Shown piece after piece: positions 50,612 through 62,958 of a DNA stretch of 64,000 nt. The position numbers and the translations under genes are program-made. Positions within the stretch are counted from its first letter, which is position 1, and each line of letters opens with the position of its first letter. Source of the stretch: Gemmatimonadales bacterium. GTDB taxonomy: Bacteria > Gemmatimonadota > Gemmatimonadetes > Gemmatimonadales > GWC2-71-9. The DNA lies in the NCBI GenBank assembly GCA_037189525.1, contig JBBCJC010000002.1:544001-608000 (forward strand). The letters run 5' to 3'. The notes under the pieces were generated by a model. It was not told the DNA's origin. It saw nothing but the letters and a program-made list of their open reading frames with translations, and made no database searches.

Positions 50612-51607
50612 TCAGGCGTGGTCTGCCGAACGGGCAAAGTCCGCAAAGATCTCGGCCACCGGCTCGATCCGATCGATGGTGGCGACACTTTTTCCGGCCT
50701 GCCAGACGGCGCGAGCGGGGTCGTCGGCGCGGGCCTCGCCGGCAATCGAGGTTTTCTTGAGTTGGTAGAAGCCGCGCAGACCGTACCAGGCCCGGATCCA
50801 TTTCTTGGTCCGCCTGCCCCGGAAGAGCCGGCGCGCAATCGGGCCGATCCGGGTGCCGATCCGTTCGATGTACGGCGTGCGAATCACCGCAACCGGCACG
50901 CCGCTCAGCCGCTCGGTGTGCACGATGTCGTCCTCACGCGCGGCCAGGATGGCCTGTTTGTAGGCATCGCTTGCCGTGCACTCGGGAGTGGCGATCAGCC
51001 GGGTGCCGAGCTGGACGCCGGCGTATCCCATCCGGAGCGCGGCGGCGAACTCGGGGCCGGACCCGATCCCGCCCGCGCACACCACCGGCAAACCGAGGTC
51101 CTGCAATTCGGCCAGCAGCGCCTCGGGCGACCGCTCGCCCGAGTGGCCCCCGGCGCGCCGATTGACGGCGATCAATCCGTGGACGCCGCCGTCACGTCCC
51201 TTGAGCGCCCATTTGCGCTCGGTGACGTCGTGATAGACGATCCCGCCGAACGGGGTCACGGCCTTGACCACCCAGCGGGGATTGCCGAGTGATGTCACGA
51301 AGAATCGCACGCCCTCTTCCAGTGCCACGTTGACCCAGGTCACCATCCGTTCATGGTAGGACCGGGACGACGCTTCGATCAGCGCATTCAAACCGAACGG
51401 CTTGGTCGTGAGCGCCCGGATGGCGCGGAGCCCCGCCCGGTACTCGTGTCCATGGACATAGGTCAGGGAAATGGGCTGGACGATCCCGGTCCCGCCGGCC
51501 TCGGAGACGGCGGCAACCAGTTCGGCGTTGCTGCATGGATACATGGCTCCGCCGATGATGGGGAGCGCAATCCCGGCGTGCCGGGTCAGCGGCGTTTCGA
51601 GCGTCAT
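50612..51607 (-). CDS. Nitronate monooxygenase / FabK-like flavoprotein (second paralogue)
   Basis: PIIGGAM, AGGH, CAGGIG, GTRLIAT, WQAGKS. Confidence 0.87.
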   Translation of the reverse strand: MTLETPLTRHAGIALPIIGGAMYPCSNAELVAAVSEAGGTGIVQPISLTYVHGHEYRAGLRAIRALTTKPFGLNALIEASSRSYHERMVTWVNVALEEGVRFFVTSLGNPRWVVKAVTPFGGIVYHDVTERKWALKGRDGGVHGLIAVNRRAGGHSGERSPEALLAELQDLGLPVVCAGGIGSGPEFAAALRMGYAGVQLGTRLIATPECTASDAYKQAILAAREDDIVHTERLSGVPVAVIRTPYIERIGTRIGPIARRLFRGRRTKKWIRAWYGLRGFYQLKKTSIAGEARADDPARAVWQAGKSVATIDRIEPVAEIFADFARSADHA

Positions 51608-51629
51608 GAGCTGAATAAACTACCGGAGT

Positions 51630-51659
51630 CGGACCCCGAAGGGATGGCCTCGGGGTCCG
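51630..51659 (-). terminator. Hairpin downstream of the TonB receptor gene
   Basis: Stem CGGACCCCGA/TCGGGGTCCG. Confidence 0.5.
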
Positions 51660-51671
51660 GCAGGCTCACGG

Positions 51672-53993
51672 TCAATGGCGGTCGACCGTCCGGCGCAAAG
51701 CAATCCGCACGCCGCCGTTGACGGAACGGCCCTCGAGCAGGCTCCAGACATCGGTCGTCCACCGGCCCCCCTCGCCGCGGGTGGGGAGGACCAACGGATG
51801 AACCCGGGTCTGGCGAACGTTGGCCAGGTTCTCGCCGTTGATGAAAACACGAACCGAACCGAACTGCTGCTCAGCAAGCAATCCGACCACCAGATAGGGG
51901 CGGCTTTCCCGGCGATAGGGGTTCTGCTCGAGCGCCTGCTTCCCGGTGTAGTACAGCTCCAGGCCGATTCGGCTTTTCCCTTCGTCCTCCACACTCGCGA
52001 CCATGCCGACCGCGTGGCGTGGCGTGAGCGGGGTGACTCGGCGAAGACAGCTGCCGCTGCCGGCGCCGGGATCGCATTCGGTGCCCCGCAGATGGGTGTA
52101 GGTCGCGGTGATGCGAAGCGCGCGACCGCCATGGTGATCCGGCTCGGCGTCGGCATGCTCATCGCCCTCGTCGTCGTCGCCGTCCAACTGATGGACCAGC
52201 CTGACCAGGACTTCGCCGCCCCACATCCTGGTCGGTTCGCTCGCGTTGACCAGCTGCAGACGGCCGGCGCCGCCGGGCGCCGTGCCGATCGCCTCCTCGA
52301 CCTGAACCGGATGGCGCACCTGCGAGGCGAACAGGGTGCCGTTGAGTTCGAGTCTGCCCAGCGCCGTCGCGACCGGCCCCCCGATATCGAGCGACAGATT
52401 GCGAGCCCGTTCGGCAACGAGACCCTCGGGCGGAAGCAGCGGCGTCAAGCCGGTGACTTCGGTCACCTCCGTGAACGGCGTCGGGGCAAACGCACCCGTC
52501 CCGCCCGACAGTCGGGCCGTCCATCCTGCCCAGGCCGCGTCTTCGGTCGGCCGGCGCAACAGCAGCGAGACCCGCGGATTGAGAAACGTGCCGTACACGT
52601 TGTGCCGGTCGACGCGGCCGCTGGCCGACAGCGCAAGCCACGGAGCCGGGTCGAGGTCCACCTGCGCAAATGCCGCGGGAATAGTATGGGTGTAGTCGAA
52701 GGCGGGGACGTCGCTGGCCCGATACGCATCGCTCTGGACGGCCGCGCCGGCGACATAGGTGACCGGCCCTCGCGGAACGGTAATCGCTGCCTCCGTAAAG
52801 AAGGTCCGATGCCGGTCGTCTTCGCCGATGACGCCGAAGCGATGGGCATGCCGCTGCTCCATGGCTGAGCCGCGGACCGACACGATGGAGCCCTCCAGGG
52901 CGCCGGCCGGTACGACCCACCGGGCCAGGCCGCCCAGGTCGGCACGGTAGGTCCGCAGCGACTCCACGAAGGCCTGTCCGTCGGGCGCGGTCCGTCCCGT
53001 CAGCGTGCCGCCGTCGCGCTGTTCGGCGGTGAAGCCCGCGGTAATGAAGGCGCTCCGTCCGCGGTCGTCGCTGAAGTAGAAGCGGGGACGAACCACGGCG
53101 CGTCGATAGCCGGGCATGTCGGTCCAGCCGTCGGCGTCGAGGTCGTTGCGCGCCTGCCGATGGGCGCCGGCGAGCAGCGAGTAGCCCCAGCGCGAGGATA
53201 GGGGTGCCGCGCTGTAGAAGACCGCATCGGAGCCGCCCCGCGACGTCTGATTGAGGATCAGGGTGGCTTCCGGGTCGGTTCCGGGACGGCGTGAGATCAG
53301 GTTGACGACGCCCCCCAGCGCCGCGCTGCCGTAGAGCGCCGAGACCGAACCTTTGATGATCTCGACTCGACCCAGGTCGACGGGCGGAATCTGCAGCAGG
53401 CCGAGCCCGCCTGCCTGGCCCCCGTAGAGGGGGAGTCCGTCAGCGAGCAGCAGCGAGTAGCGGCCTGACAGTCCCTGGATTCGGACGTTGGCTCCGCCCA
53501 ACGAAGGCGACGTGGTCTGAACCCGGAGTCCGGCGGTTTCGTTGAGCATCATGGCGATGTCGCCGGGCGTCATCGCGATCTTCTCGCCGATCTCTTCCTC
53601 GTCGATGACCTCGACGCGGAGCGGCGTATCCTCGACCCGCCGCTCGCTGCGCGTGGCGCTGACGACGAGTTCGTCGAGTTCGGCCTGCAGGGTCTCGAGT
53701 GCGATGGTGAACGTCGTATCCTGTCCGCTCCGAAGCACGATGCTCGACGTGTCCGGCCGGAACCCGATGCGTGATACCATGACCGTGTGGTGCCCGGCAG
53801 GCAGGCGCAGTATCGCCCTGCCGTCCGCGTCGGTCTGGTGGACCTGGCGACCACTCCGTACCACGGCCGCCTCGACCGGACGGGCGTCATGTTCGATCCG
53901 GATGTGGGCGGTTGCGAGCGAGTCGACGCTCTGGGCGGACAGCAGTGTCGGAATCGCTGAGGAGAGGATCAGTGTGAGGCAGCCCAATCTCAC
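51672..53993 (-). CDS. TonB-dependent receptor
   Basis: ELVVSATR, plug motifs RIQG, DGLP and [27 protein letters not shown] near the C-terminus; GTG start overlaps the upstream TGA. Confidence 0.9.
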   Translation of the reverse strand: MRLGCLTLILSSAIPTLLSAQSVDSLATAHIRIEHDARPVEAAVVRSGRQVHQTDADGRAILRLPAGHHTVMVSRIGFRPDTSSIVLRSGQDTTFTIALETLQAELDELVVSATRSERRVEDTPLRVEVIDEEEIGEKIAMTPGDIAMMLNETAGLRVQTTSPSLGGANVRIQGLSGRYSLLLADGLPLYGGQAGGLGLLQIPPVDLGRVEIIKGSVSALYGSAALGGVVNLISRRPGTDPEATLILNQTSRGGSDAVFYSAAPLSSRWGYSLLAGAHRQARNDLDADGWTDMPGYRRAVVRPRFYFSDDRGRSAFITAGFTAEQRDGGTLTGRTAPDGQAFVESLRTYRADLGGLARWVVPAGALEGSIVSVRGSAMEQRHAHRFGVIGEDDRHRTFFTEAAITVPRGPVTYVAGAAVQSDAYRASDVPAFDYTHTIPAAFAQVDLDPAPWLALSASGRVDRHNVYGTFLNPRVSLLLRRPTEDAAWAGWTARLSGGTGAFAPTPFTEVTEVTGLTPLLPPEGLVAERARNLSLDIGGPVATALGRLELNGTLFASQVRHPVQVEEAIGTAPGGAGRLQLVNASEPTRMWGGEVLVRLVHQLDGDDDEGDEHADAEPDHHGGRALRITATYTHLRGTECDPGAGSGSCLRRVTPLTPRHAVGMVASVEDEGKSRIGLELYYTGKQALEQNPYRRESRPYLVVGLLAEQQFGSVRVFINGENLANVRQTRVHPLVLPTRGEGGRWTTDVWSLLEGRSVNGGVRIALRRTVDRH

Positions 53994-54601
53994 GATTGTC
54001 TCCGGGCCAACCGCCACACGGTATGTACCCGGCACACTACGTTGCCCGCGGCGCTGAAGGCCGTCGGATCGGCGCCCGGAGATCCGGGCCGCATGGAATC
54101 GTGTCCTGCCATCGTAGAGGTCCCTGAAGTCGAAGGCCGAACGCTAAACCCTGAAGCAGGTGCAGGGTCAAGCGTTGCGGGGCTGGCGTCGGTGATTACT
54201 GTCTCGACGCGGATCTCGATTGGATCGGCCCCGACTTCCGGAACCGTGACGCGCGCCTGCGCGGTCAGCGTGCCGCGGGCTTTCTTGAGGTAGACGGCTC
54301 CGATCTCCGTTACGATGCCGCGGATGTCATCAGGCAGTGCCATCGTCATTGCCAGACCGCTCGTCAACTCACCCAGGTTGACCAGGGCAATGGCGTGAAT
54401 TGAATCGAGGTGGTTGCGGACCCGTCGACGATCCCGCAGCGTGGTTCGACAGTAGCCGGGCTCCAGCGCCCGAATCACGGCGCCGACTGATCCCGAGTAC
54501 GGCACGAATCGACCGAAGAGACGACTGAATAACCAGGGCCCGCCGGGCAGCGGAGCGAGCTTGTGCCAGAGGTTACTCAGGGTTCGGGAAGTGGAGGACA
54601 T
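53990..54601 (-). CDS. Hotdog-fold protein (DUF4442/PaaI-like) with an in-frame low-complexity insertion
   Basis: [30 protein letters not shown]; ~45-aa S/P/G/A-rich insert before the last strand. Confidence 0.82.
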   Translation of the reverse strand: MSSTSRTLSNLWHKLAPLPGGPWLFSRLFGRFVPYSGSVGAVIRALEPGYCRTTLRDRRRVRNHLDSIHAIALVNLGELTSGLAMTMALPDDIRGIVTEIGAVYLKKARGTLTAQARVTVPEVGADPIEIRVETVITDASPATLDPAPASGFSVRPSTSGTSTMAGHDSMRPGSPGADPTAFSAAGNVVCRVHTVWRLARRQS

Positions 54602-54681
54602 GAGGTAAAGATATGACGGCGTTACGCCGGGTCGTCGTTCGTCTGGGTTTTCCCTGGAATCGGCGCTATCCTTCAGGCAAT

Positions 54682-56487
<1,806 letters not shown>

Positions 56488-56535
56488 CGACGCCCCCGCT
56501 TTTGAGTCACGGCCGGCGGGACTAATTTCCGGCCA

Positions 56536-58842
56536 ATGGATGTCCTCCTCGCTCCCGCCGGCATCCGCCTCATCGGCGTCATCGTCCAGTTCGTTGCCGT
56601 CGTGCTCGTCGGCGTTCTGGTCATGGGATTACAACACCGGGCGGGAGACCGGGGTTACCTCCCGTGGTGGAACCGGGCCCTCGTGGCACTGCTGGTTTCC
56701 CTCCTCGCCATGGGGCTTCGCTACGGGCTCGAGTTCGGGCTGTCCAGCGGCGACGAATCACTGACTTCCGTCGTCGGCTTTCTGCCCACCGCCATCCATC
56801 ACGTTGCGAAGCTGTTGTTCGTCGGCTGGGTAGCCCTCGGCGTCATCATCCTGGCCCGCGAACACCCGGCCACCCGGATCGAGCGTTCGGTCGTTCCGGC
56901 GGTCGCGACCGTGATCGGGATCGCCGTGGCCGCGTTCAGCGATCGCTTCCAACCGTTCGTGATAGCCCAGGCGGCTGTGGCGGTACCCGCCGCGGGATTT
57001 GCTGCCTGGCGCTTGCTGGGGATCAAGGAGTCCAAGCGGGGTCTCGGAACGACCATCCTGCTGCTGGCGCTCGGCTGGATGGTGCTGTCGTATGGATTCT
57101 ACTGGGCCGGGATCGTCGTGGCGGACGGTCCGGCGGGCAGGATGGGCGGGTGGCTTGGCGTCCTCCTTTCGTACAGCGCGTTCATCGATACAGCCCAGGT
57201 AGCGGCCCTGGGCGTCGGGATGGCGCTGACGCTGGTCGAACAAGGCCACCGCGAGGAGAAGGAGACCGAGCAGGAGCGCGTGACCGATGCCACCACGGAG
57301 CAGGAGCGGATCACCGAAGTGCTGCGGGCGGCGCACGACGGTATCGTCACGCTTCGCGCCGATCGGACGATCGATCTCATGAATCGTGCGGCCGAAGCAA
57401 TGCTCGGCGTCGAGGCGACTCAGGTGCGCGGCCAGCCATTCGATCAGTTTCTCAAAATCGAGGCCGGCCGGCAGTCGCTCTGGAACCAGATGGCGGTCCG
57501 GACCCGGCGGTCCGAGGCCAACCCCGATGTGGCGGTCCGGCACGAATGCATCGGCTGGCGCGCAAACGGGGACGAGTTTCCCCTCGAAGTGGCTGCTTCC
57601 ACCTTCGGTGACGGCGCCGGCCGAGGCTGGGTGTTGGTCCTGCGCGACCTGACCGAACAGATCCGGGCCCGGCACGAGTATCATCGCATGCAGGACGAGC
57701 TGGCCCAGGCGGCCCGTCTCGAGGCGGTGGGGCGGATGGTCTCGGGTGTTGCCCACGAACTCAACAATCCGCTGACCGCGATCATTGCCTTTTCGCAGGA
57801 CCTGATGGCCACCGCTCAATCCGAGGAGGATCGCGAAGCTGTTACCACGATCAACCAGCAGGCGGAGCGCTGCCGGGTCATCGTGAGCGACCTGCTCGTC
57901 TTTGCGCGCAGCAGGCGGGAGGAGCGGCGGCGAATCGACCCCGCGGAGCTGGTGGCCCGCGTGACCCGGGTCTTCGAGCGCGAAGCGGCAGCTCGGCAGA
58001 TCGAACTCGACGTCGCCATTGCGCCGGACCTGCCCTCGATCGAGGTCGACGTTACCGGCATCGAGCAGGTGCTCACCAACCTGCTGACCAACGCGTTGCA
58101 GGCCTCGCCCGCGGGCGACACCGTCGGGGTCGGCGTGTTTACCCGGGACAGCCGAGTGGTTTTCCAGGTGGATGATGCCGGGCCGGGTATTGCGCCCGAG
58201 ATCATGCTGCGTCTCTTCGAGCCGTTCTTTACCACGAAACCCGAGGGTTACGGGACCGGACTGGGCCTTTCGGTGTCGCACGCCATCGTCGACCAGCACG
58301 GCGGCACCATTACGGCAGAGAACCGCCCGACCGGAGGTGCCCGATTCACGATCGAACTTCCGATGGTCGACCGTCGCCTGCCGCCATTGCTCCTGACGGC
58401 TCAGGAGGCCGAAATTCAGAACGCGTTGGCTGCCGAGCAACCGGGGCGGGTGCTGATCGTCGACGACGAGTCCTCGATTCGGAGCGCAATGCGCCGCGCG
58501 TTCGAGCGGCGGGGCTGGCTGGTCGACGAAGCTGCGGACGGCGGAGAGGCCTGGCTTCGAATCGAAGTGGGGGGCCGCGCGGTCGACTACGATGCCGTGG
58601 TGACCGACCTCCGGATGCCGGGTGTTTCAGGGATGGAGCTGTACGACAAGCTGCGGGCCCTCTATCCCGAGCTTGCCGCGCGAACCATCGTGATCACGGG
58701 AGACACCACCTCGCCCGGCGTGGTCGAGTTTCTCGAGCGGCTGGAAGCGCCGGTGCTGCAAAAGCCGTTCGACCTCCGTCGGCTGATCGATCTGGTGGGG
58801 CGGGGCCGGCAGGAGCGCCGGCGTGAGACGGATTTCGAGTGA
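56536..58842 (+). CDS. Hybrid sensor histidine kinase (multi-TM, PAS, HisKA, HATPase, receiver)
   Basis: AHELNNPL, NLLTNA, DAGPGI, FEPFFTTK, GTGLGL; receiver VDDE...DLRMP...KPF. Confidence 0.94.
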   Translation: MDVLLAPAGIRLIGVIVQFVAVVLVGVLVMGLQHRAGDRGYLPWWNRALVALLVSLLAMGLRYGLEFGLSSGDESLTSVVGFLPTAIHHVAKLLFVGWVALGVIILAREHPATRIERSVVPAVATVIGIAVAAFSDRFQPFVIAQAAVAVPAAGFAAWRLLGIKESKRGLGTTILLLALGWMVLSYGFYWAGIVVADGPAGRMGGWLGVLLSYSAFIDTAQVAALGVGMALTLVEQGHREEKETEQERVTDATTEQERITEVLRAAHDGIVTLRADRTIDLMNRAAEAMLGVEATQVRGQPFDQFLKIEAGRQSLWNQMAVRTRRSEANPDVAVRHECIGWRANGDEFPLEVAASTFGDGAGRGWVLVLRDLTEQIRARHEYHRMQDELAQAARLEAVGRMVSGVAHELNNPLTAIIAFSQDLMATAQSEEDREAVTTINQQAERCRVIVSDLLVFARSRREERRRIDPAELVARVTRVFEREAAARQIELDVAIAPDLPSIEVDVTGIEQVLTNLLTNALQASPAGDTVGVGVFTRDSRVVFQVDDAGPGIAPEIMLRLFEPFFTTKPEGYGTGLGLSVSHAIVDQHGGTITAENRPTGGARFTIELPMVDRRLPPLLLTAQEAEIQNALAAEQPGRVLIVDDESSIRSAMRRAFERRGWLVDEAADGGEAWLRIEVGGRAVDYDAVVTDLRMPGVSGMELYDKLRALYPELAARTIVITGDTTSPGVVEFLERLEAPVLQKPFDLRRLIDLVGRGRQERRRETDFE

Positions 58843-58879
58843 GGCGCGCAGAGGCGCCTCCGACTAGACTACGGGTGCA

Positions 58880-59632
58880 ATGACGCTTCTGGGTGGTGTG
58901 CTGGCGGGTCTGATCGGGATGGTCCTGGGTATTCTCGGGGCGGGCGGCGCCATTCTGACCGTCCCCGTGCTCGTCTATGTGCTCCATTACGACATCAAGG
59001 CCGCCGTGCCGATGAGCCTGCTGATCGTGGGCGTCGCCAGCATCGTCGGCCTGATTGCCTACCAGCGGATGCAGGCCGTGCGCTGGAATGCCGTCGTGGC
59101 GTTTGCCCCTTCGGCCATGGCCGGCGCGTTCGGCGGCGGCATGGCCGCTGCGCATATTTCGTCGCGTACGCAGATGATCGTGTTCGGGGCGCTCCTGCTT
59201 GGTGCGTCGATTGCGATGCTGGCGGGGCCGACCCCCGTTTCGGTCGAGACCGAACTGGCCGGGCCGCGGCGTTCATGGTGGCTGATTGCCGTGCTGGGCG
59301 CCGCGGTCGGTTTTCTGACGGGCCTGGTCGGCGTCGGGGGCGGCTTCCTCTATGTGCCGGTGCTGACCTTGCTGGGCGGTCTGGCGATCCGTCACGCGGT
59401 CGGCACCAGCCTCGCCCTCATCGTCGTGAGCTGTACCGTGGGTCTCATTACCCATCTTCGTCATGCGGCGCTCGATTTGAGCGCCGCTTTGCTTTTCATG
59501 ATTCCGATGGTGCTAGGTGCGCTGATCGGGACGCGCCTGGCCCCGCGCGTCTCGCAGCTCGTGCTGCGGCGGGCGTTTGCAGGGCTCCTCGTCACCATTG
59601 GTCTCATCGTTCTCGTCACTGTCGGCAGGTAG
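58880..59632 (+). CDS. Sulfite exporter TauE/SafE family
   Basis: Two GxxGxGG repeats (GILGAGG, GLVGVGGG), AVGTSL, about eight TM helices. Confidence 0.9.
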   Translation: MTLLGGVLAGLIGMVLGILGAGGAILTVPVLVYVLHYDIKAAVPMSLLIVGVASIVGLIAYQRMQAVRWNAVVAFAPSAMAGAFGGGMAAAHISSRTQMIVFGALLLGASIAMLAGPTPVSVETELAGPRRSWWLIAVLGAAVGFLTGLVGVGGGFLYVPVLTLLGGLAIRHAVGTSLALIVVSCTVGLITHLRHAALDLSAALLFMIPMVLGALIGTRLAPRVSQLVLRRAFAGLLVTIGLIVLVTVGR

Positions 59633-59639
59633 GTATCAC

Positions 59640-61079
59640 ATGTTCTTTCGACGGATTGCCAACGACCATCTCTTTCAGTCCGGGTATCTGATCGGATGCC
59701 AGGCCAACGGAACCGCGCTGGTCGTCGATCCGACGCGGGTGATCGAACCCTATCTGGACGTTGCGCGCCAGGAGGGTCTCCAGATCGTCGCGATTGCGGA
59801 CACCCATATCCACGCCGACTATGTCTCCGGGATGCGGGAACTGGCGGCGGCCACGGGCGCCCGGATGTACCTCACGGGCGCCGGGCCGTCGGACTGGCAG
59901 TACGGTTTCCGCGATGAAAGCAACGTCACCGTGATCGGCGACGGCGATACCATCACGATCGGGAATATCCGTGTCGTGGCGAAGCACACGCCGGGTCACA
60001 CGCCCGAACATCTCAGCTTCCTGGTGACCGACGGCGCGGCCGCCGAGGAGCCGATGGGGATCGTGACCGGTGATTTCGTCTTCGTCGGCGATGTGGGCCG
60101 TCCGGACCTGCTGGAGCGCGCCGCGCACATTGCCGACACGGCGGAAGCCGGTGCGAGACAGTTGTTCCGCAGCCTGCAGTGGTTCAAGACGCTGCCGGAT
60201 CATCTGCAGGTCTGGCCCGGCCACGGCGCCGGCTCCGCCTGCGGCAAAGGCCTCGGTGCGGTGCCGCAGAGTACGGTCGGTTACGAACGGCGCTACAACT
60301 GGGCGCTCGGTACGGACGATGAGGAGATGTTCGTGCGTCAGGTGCTTGCGGGTCAGCCCGAGCCGCCCGGCTATTTCGGCCGCATGAAGGTGGTCAACCG
60401 TGACGGGCCTCGCGTGCTGGGCCGGCTGCCCGAGCCCGTGCTGGTGACAGCCGATACCATTGCAGATACGGCCGCCGCTCGGAAGGGCGTGGTGGTAGAC
60501 ACTCGGCCCGCCACCCACTTTGCCGCCGGACACATTCCGGGGTCGCTCAATCTGCCTTTGACCAAGAGCTTCACGTCCTACGCAGGGTCGGTGCTGCCGT
60601 ATGACCGGCCGCTCTATTTCATCCTTCCTGACGTCGGCGCTGAGGCGGTCCGGACGCTGGTCGAGTCACTGGTGGTGATCGGTTTCGAACAGCTGGTCGG
60701 CGTGGCTGACGACAGTGTGGTGGCCGAGTGGGCGTCGCACCGCGGTAGCCTGGCAACCGCGCCGTCGCAGGAGATCGAAACCCTTCGAAGCAAGCAGGAC
60801 GGGGAGGTTCTGGTCCTCGATGTTCGGAACCGGCCGGAGTGGGACGCCGGGCATATTCCCGGGGCGCGTTTGATTCCCCTACCCGAACTGACGAGCCGGC
60901 TCGATGAGCTGCCGAAGGATGCCCCGATCCGAGTGCATTGCCAGGGCGGAGCGCGGTCGGCTGTTGCGGCCAGCGTGTTGCGAGCCAACGGCTTTACCGA
61001 TGTCACGGATCTGAGCGGTGGCTTCGCATCGTGGATGGGACGTGGCGGCGCCGTGGAGCGCGGTCGAGGCGACGGGTAA
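59640..61079 (+). CDS. MBL-fold persulfide dioxygenase fused to two rhodanese domains (CstB-like)
   Basis: THIHADY, TPGHTPEH, VGRPDL, PGHGAGSACG; GHIPG twice; active loop CQGGAR. Confidence 0.9.
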   Translation: MFFRRIANDHLFQSGYLIGCQANGTALVVDPTRVIEPYLDVARQEGLQIVAIADTHIHADYVSGMRELAAATGARMYLTGAGPSDWQYGFRDESNVTVIGDGDTITIGNIRVVAKHTPGHTPEHLSFLVTDGAAAEEPMGIVTGDFVFVGDVGRPDLLERAAHIADTAEAGARQLFRSLQWFKTLPDHLQVWPGHGAGSACGKGLGAVPQSTVGYERRYNWALGTDDEEMFVRQVLAGQPEPPGYFGRMKVVNRDGPRVLGRLPEPVLVTADTIADTAAARKGVVVDTRPATHFAAGHIPGSLNLPLTKSFTSYAGSVLPYDRPLYFILPDVGAEAVRTLVESLVVIGFEQLVGVADDSVVAEWASHRGSLATAPSQEIETLRSKQDGEVLVLDVRNRPEWDAGHIPGARLIPLPELTSRLDELPKDAPIRVHCQGGARSAVAASVLRANGFTDVTDLSGGFASWMGRGGAVERGRGDG

Positions 61080-61120
61080 CCTGCGCAGAAGCCGAGCGGC
61101 GGCGAACCGCCGACGCTCGG

Positions 61121-62509
61121 TCAGTTCCCGGTCGGGTACCAGGCCCCGGGCCGCCCGACCAGCGCGGCGGCCGCCAGTGTCCGAGCCGTGTCTCGTACGC
61201 CGTGGATGCGAAGATAGTCGACGCTCCATCCCGCCAGACTCTGGCCGAGCGCCATCGTCTCGATTTCCCGATCGGATGGATCCCAGCAGGGATCGCCCTC
61301 GCGCTCGGCAAACAGGGTTTTCAGGAAGGATTTGCGCGAGTGGCCCACCAACAGGCGGACGCCCAGCTGGCGGAGTTCGCCCACCCGTGAAAGCAGCTGG
61401 ACGGTCTGCTGCGCAGTTTTCCCGAATCCGATGCCCGGGTCGATGATGATTCGATGGAGCGGAATGCCGGCCTGAACCAGTCGTTCGATCCGTGCATCGG
61501 CCCAGCGGAGAATCGAATCGACCGGGTCCCGATCCGTCGGTAGCACCAGATCCGGCCGGGGCGGGACGGACAGGCTGTGCATCACGACCAGGTCGCCGTC
61601 GAAGTCCCGCACCGCGTCGAGCATCGCGGGGTCATCGAATCCGCTGACATCATTGATCCAATCGGCTCCCGCCTCGACGGCGCGCCGTGCCGTGACGGCG
61701 TGGCGAGTATCGATCGAGAGCAGCGGCCCGGCGCCGCGGCTCCATCGCTGCCTCAAGCCGGCGATGACTGGTTCGAGGCGGTGCCACTCCAGGTCGGGAT
61801 CGACCGGCGCGGCGCCCGGGCGGGTCGACTCCGCTCCGAGGTCGATGACGGAGGCGCCATCGGCAACCAGTTGCTCCGCATGGCTGGTGGCTGCGGACGG
61901 TTCGATCCAGCGTCCCCCGTCGGAAAACGAATCGCCGGTGATGTTGAGGATCCCGACCAGTTCGGTGAGGTATCGCGCCACCCGGCGGGTCCGAAACGGC
62001 ACCGCGCCCGGATCTGCGCGCCAAGGGCGGGCCAGTTCTGCCGCCGTCACGGGCCTGCCGCCGGGTTCTGCCGAGAAGCTCCAGTCGGGCGCAATATCCG
62101 CGACGGGAAGGAGCACGAAGGGTCGCCGCCCCGCCTCGCGATGCGGCAACGTCAGGCGCGGTACCGCGAGGTCGACACCCTCGATGGCCAGCAGATCCAG
62201 GTCGATCCGTCGCGGCGACCAGCGCGGCCCACTTCCTCGGCCCAGTTGCAGTTCGATCTGTTTGAGCCAGTCGAGCAGATCGAGTGGCGCCGTTCTCGTC
62301 GTGCCCAGGACGGCAAGATTGAGATAGGGGATGTTCCATTCCGGCGGGGCATCGTCCGGCAGGAGCGCATCCGATTCATAGATCGGCGAGATGCCAAGCA
62401 ACCGAAAGCGATCGTCGGAGGCCTGGCCCAAGGCCCGTACGGCCCGGCGGAGATGGCCGATCCGATCGGGCACGTTCGAGCCCAATCCCAGCAGGACCCG
62501 CTGCGTCAT
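61121..62509 (-). CDS. folKP: Bifunctional HPPK-dihydropteroate synthase (FolK-FolP fusion)
   Basis: N-terminal GLGSN, RWSPRRIDLDLL and LPH; C-terminal DSFSDGG, ESTRPG, INDVSG, DPGIGFGK, GHSRKS, RIH. Confidence 0.93.
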   Translation of the reverse strand: MTQRVLLGLGSNVPDRIGHLRRAVRALGQASDDRFRLLGISPIYESDALLPDDAPPEWNIPYLNLAVLGTTRTAPLDLLDWLKQIELQLGRGSGPRWSPRRIDLDLLAIEGVDLAVPRLTLPHREAGRRPFVLLPVADIAPDWSFSAEPGGRPVTAAELARPWRADPGAVPFRTRRVARYLTELVGILNITGDSFSDGGRWIEPSAATSHAEQLVADGASVIDLGAESTRPGAAPVDPDLEWHRLEPVIAGLRQRWSRGAGPLLSIDTRHAVTARRAVEAGADWINDVSGFDDPAMLDAVRDFDGDLVVMHSLSVPPRPDLVLPTDRDPVDSILRWADARIERLVQAGIPLHRIIIDPGIGFGKTAQQTVQLLSRVGELRQLGVRLLVGHSRKSFLKTLFAEREGDPCWDPSDREIETMALGQSLAGWSVDYLRIHGVRDTARTLAAAALVGRPGAWYPTGN

Positions 62510-62877
62510 GGCGCGATGGTGCGCCGGAGCGTGACCGACGCGCCGCCCTCGACGGCCGGAATCGGCGGCCGTTCCTTGGTGACCACCAGTGTCAGGGCGC
62601 TCCCGTCGGGTAGCAAATCGCCGAGTTCGTCGGCGATGGCCCCGGCGAGCCGCTCGATCAGTTTGAACGATCGCCCCGTGACGAGATGCTCGATCCGTTC
62701 GCAGACGGCGCCGTAGTCGACGGTGTCGTCGAGTGCATCGGTATGCACCGCGGCCGGCGTCGTGGGGAGGTCGATCGTCAGGTCGAAGCGAATCGTCTGG
62801 GGTATGGCGCGCTCGGCGTCGGTCCAGCCGATCGAGACAGGCAGCCGAAGGCCGTGAACGGCAATAGTGAAAGGCAT
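62506..62877 (-). CDS. folB: Dihydroneopterin aldolase
   Basis: IG....ER...Q, DTVDY, LIERLA, terminal K..PP; ATGA overlap with folKP. Confidence 0.92.
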   Translation of the reverse strand: MPFTIAVHGLRLPVSIGWTDAERAIPQTIRFDLTIDLPTTPAAVHTDALDDTVDYGAVCERIEHLVTGRSFKLIERLAGAIADELGDLLPDGSALTLVVTKERPPIPAVEGGASVTLRRTIAP

Positions 62878-62958
62878 GGCGGCTCTAAAATAGCGCCGGA
62901 GTGCCCTCGACTACGCTCGGTGCGCATCAGGCCGGCGTCGGATGCGCGCGAAGACGGC

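Noticed and set aside
53994..54100. Cobalamin riboswitch ahead of the TonB receptor
   Set aside because: No intergenic space and no B12-box; the receptor is coupled to the hotdog-fold gene
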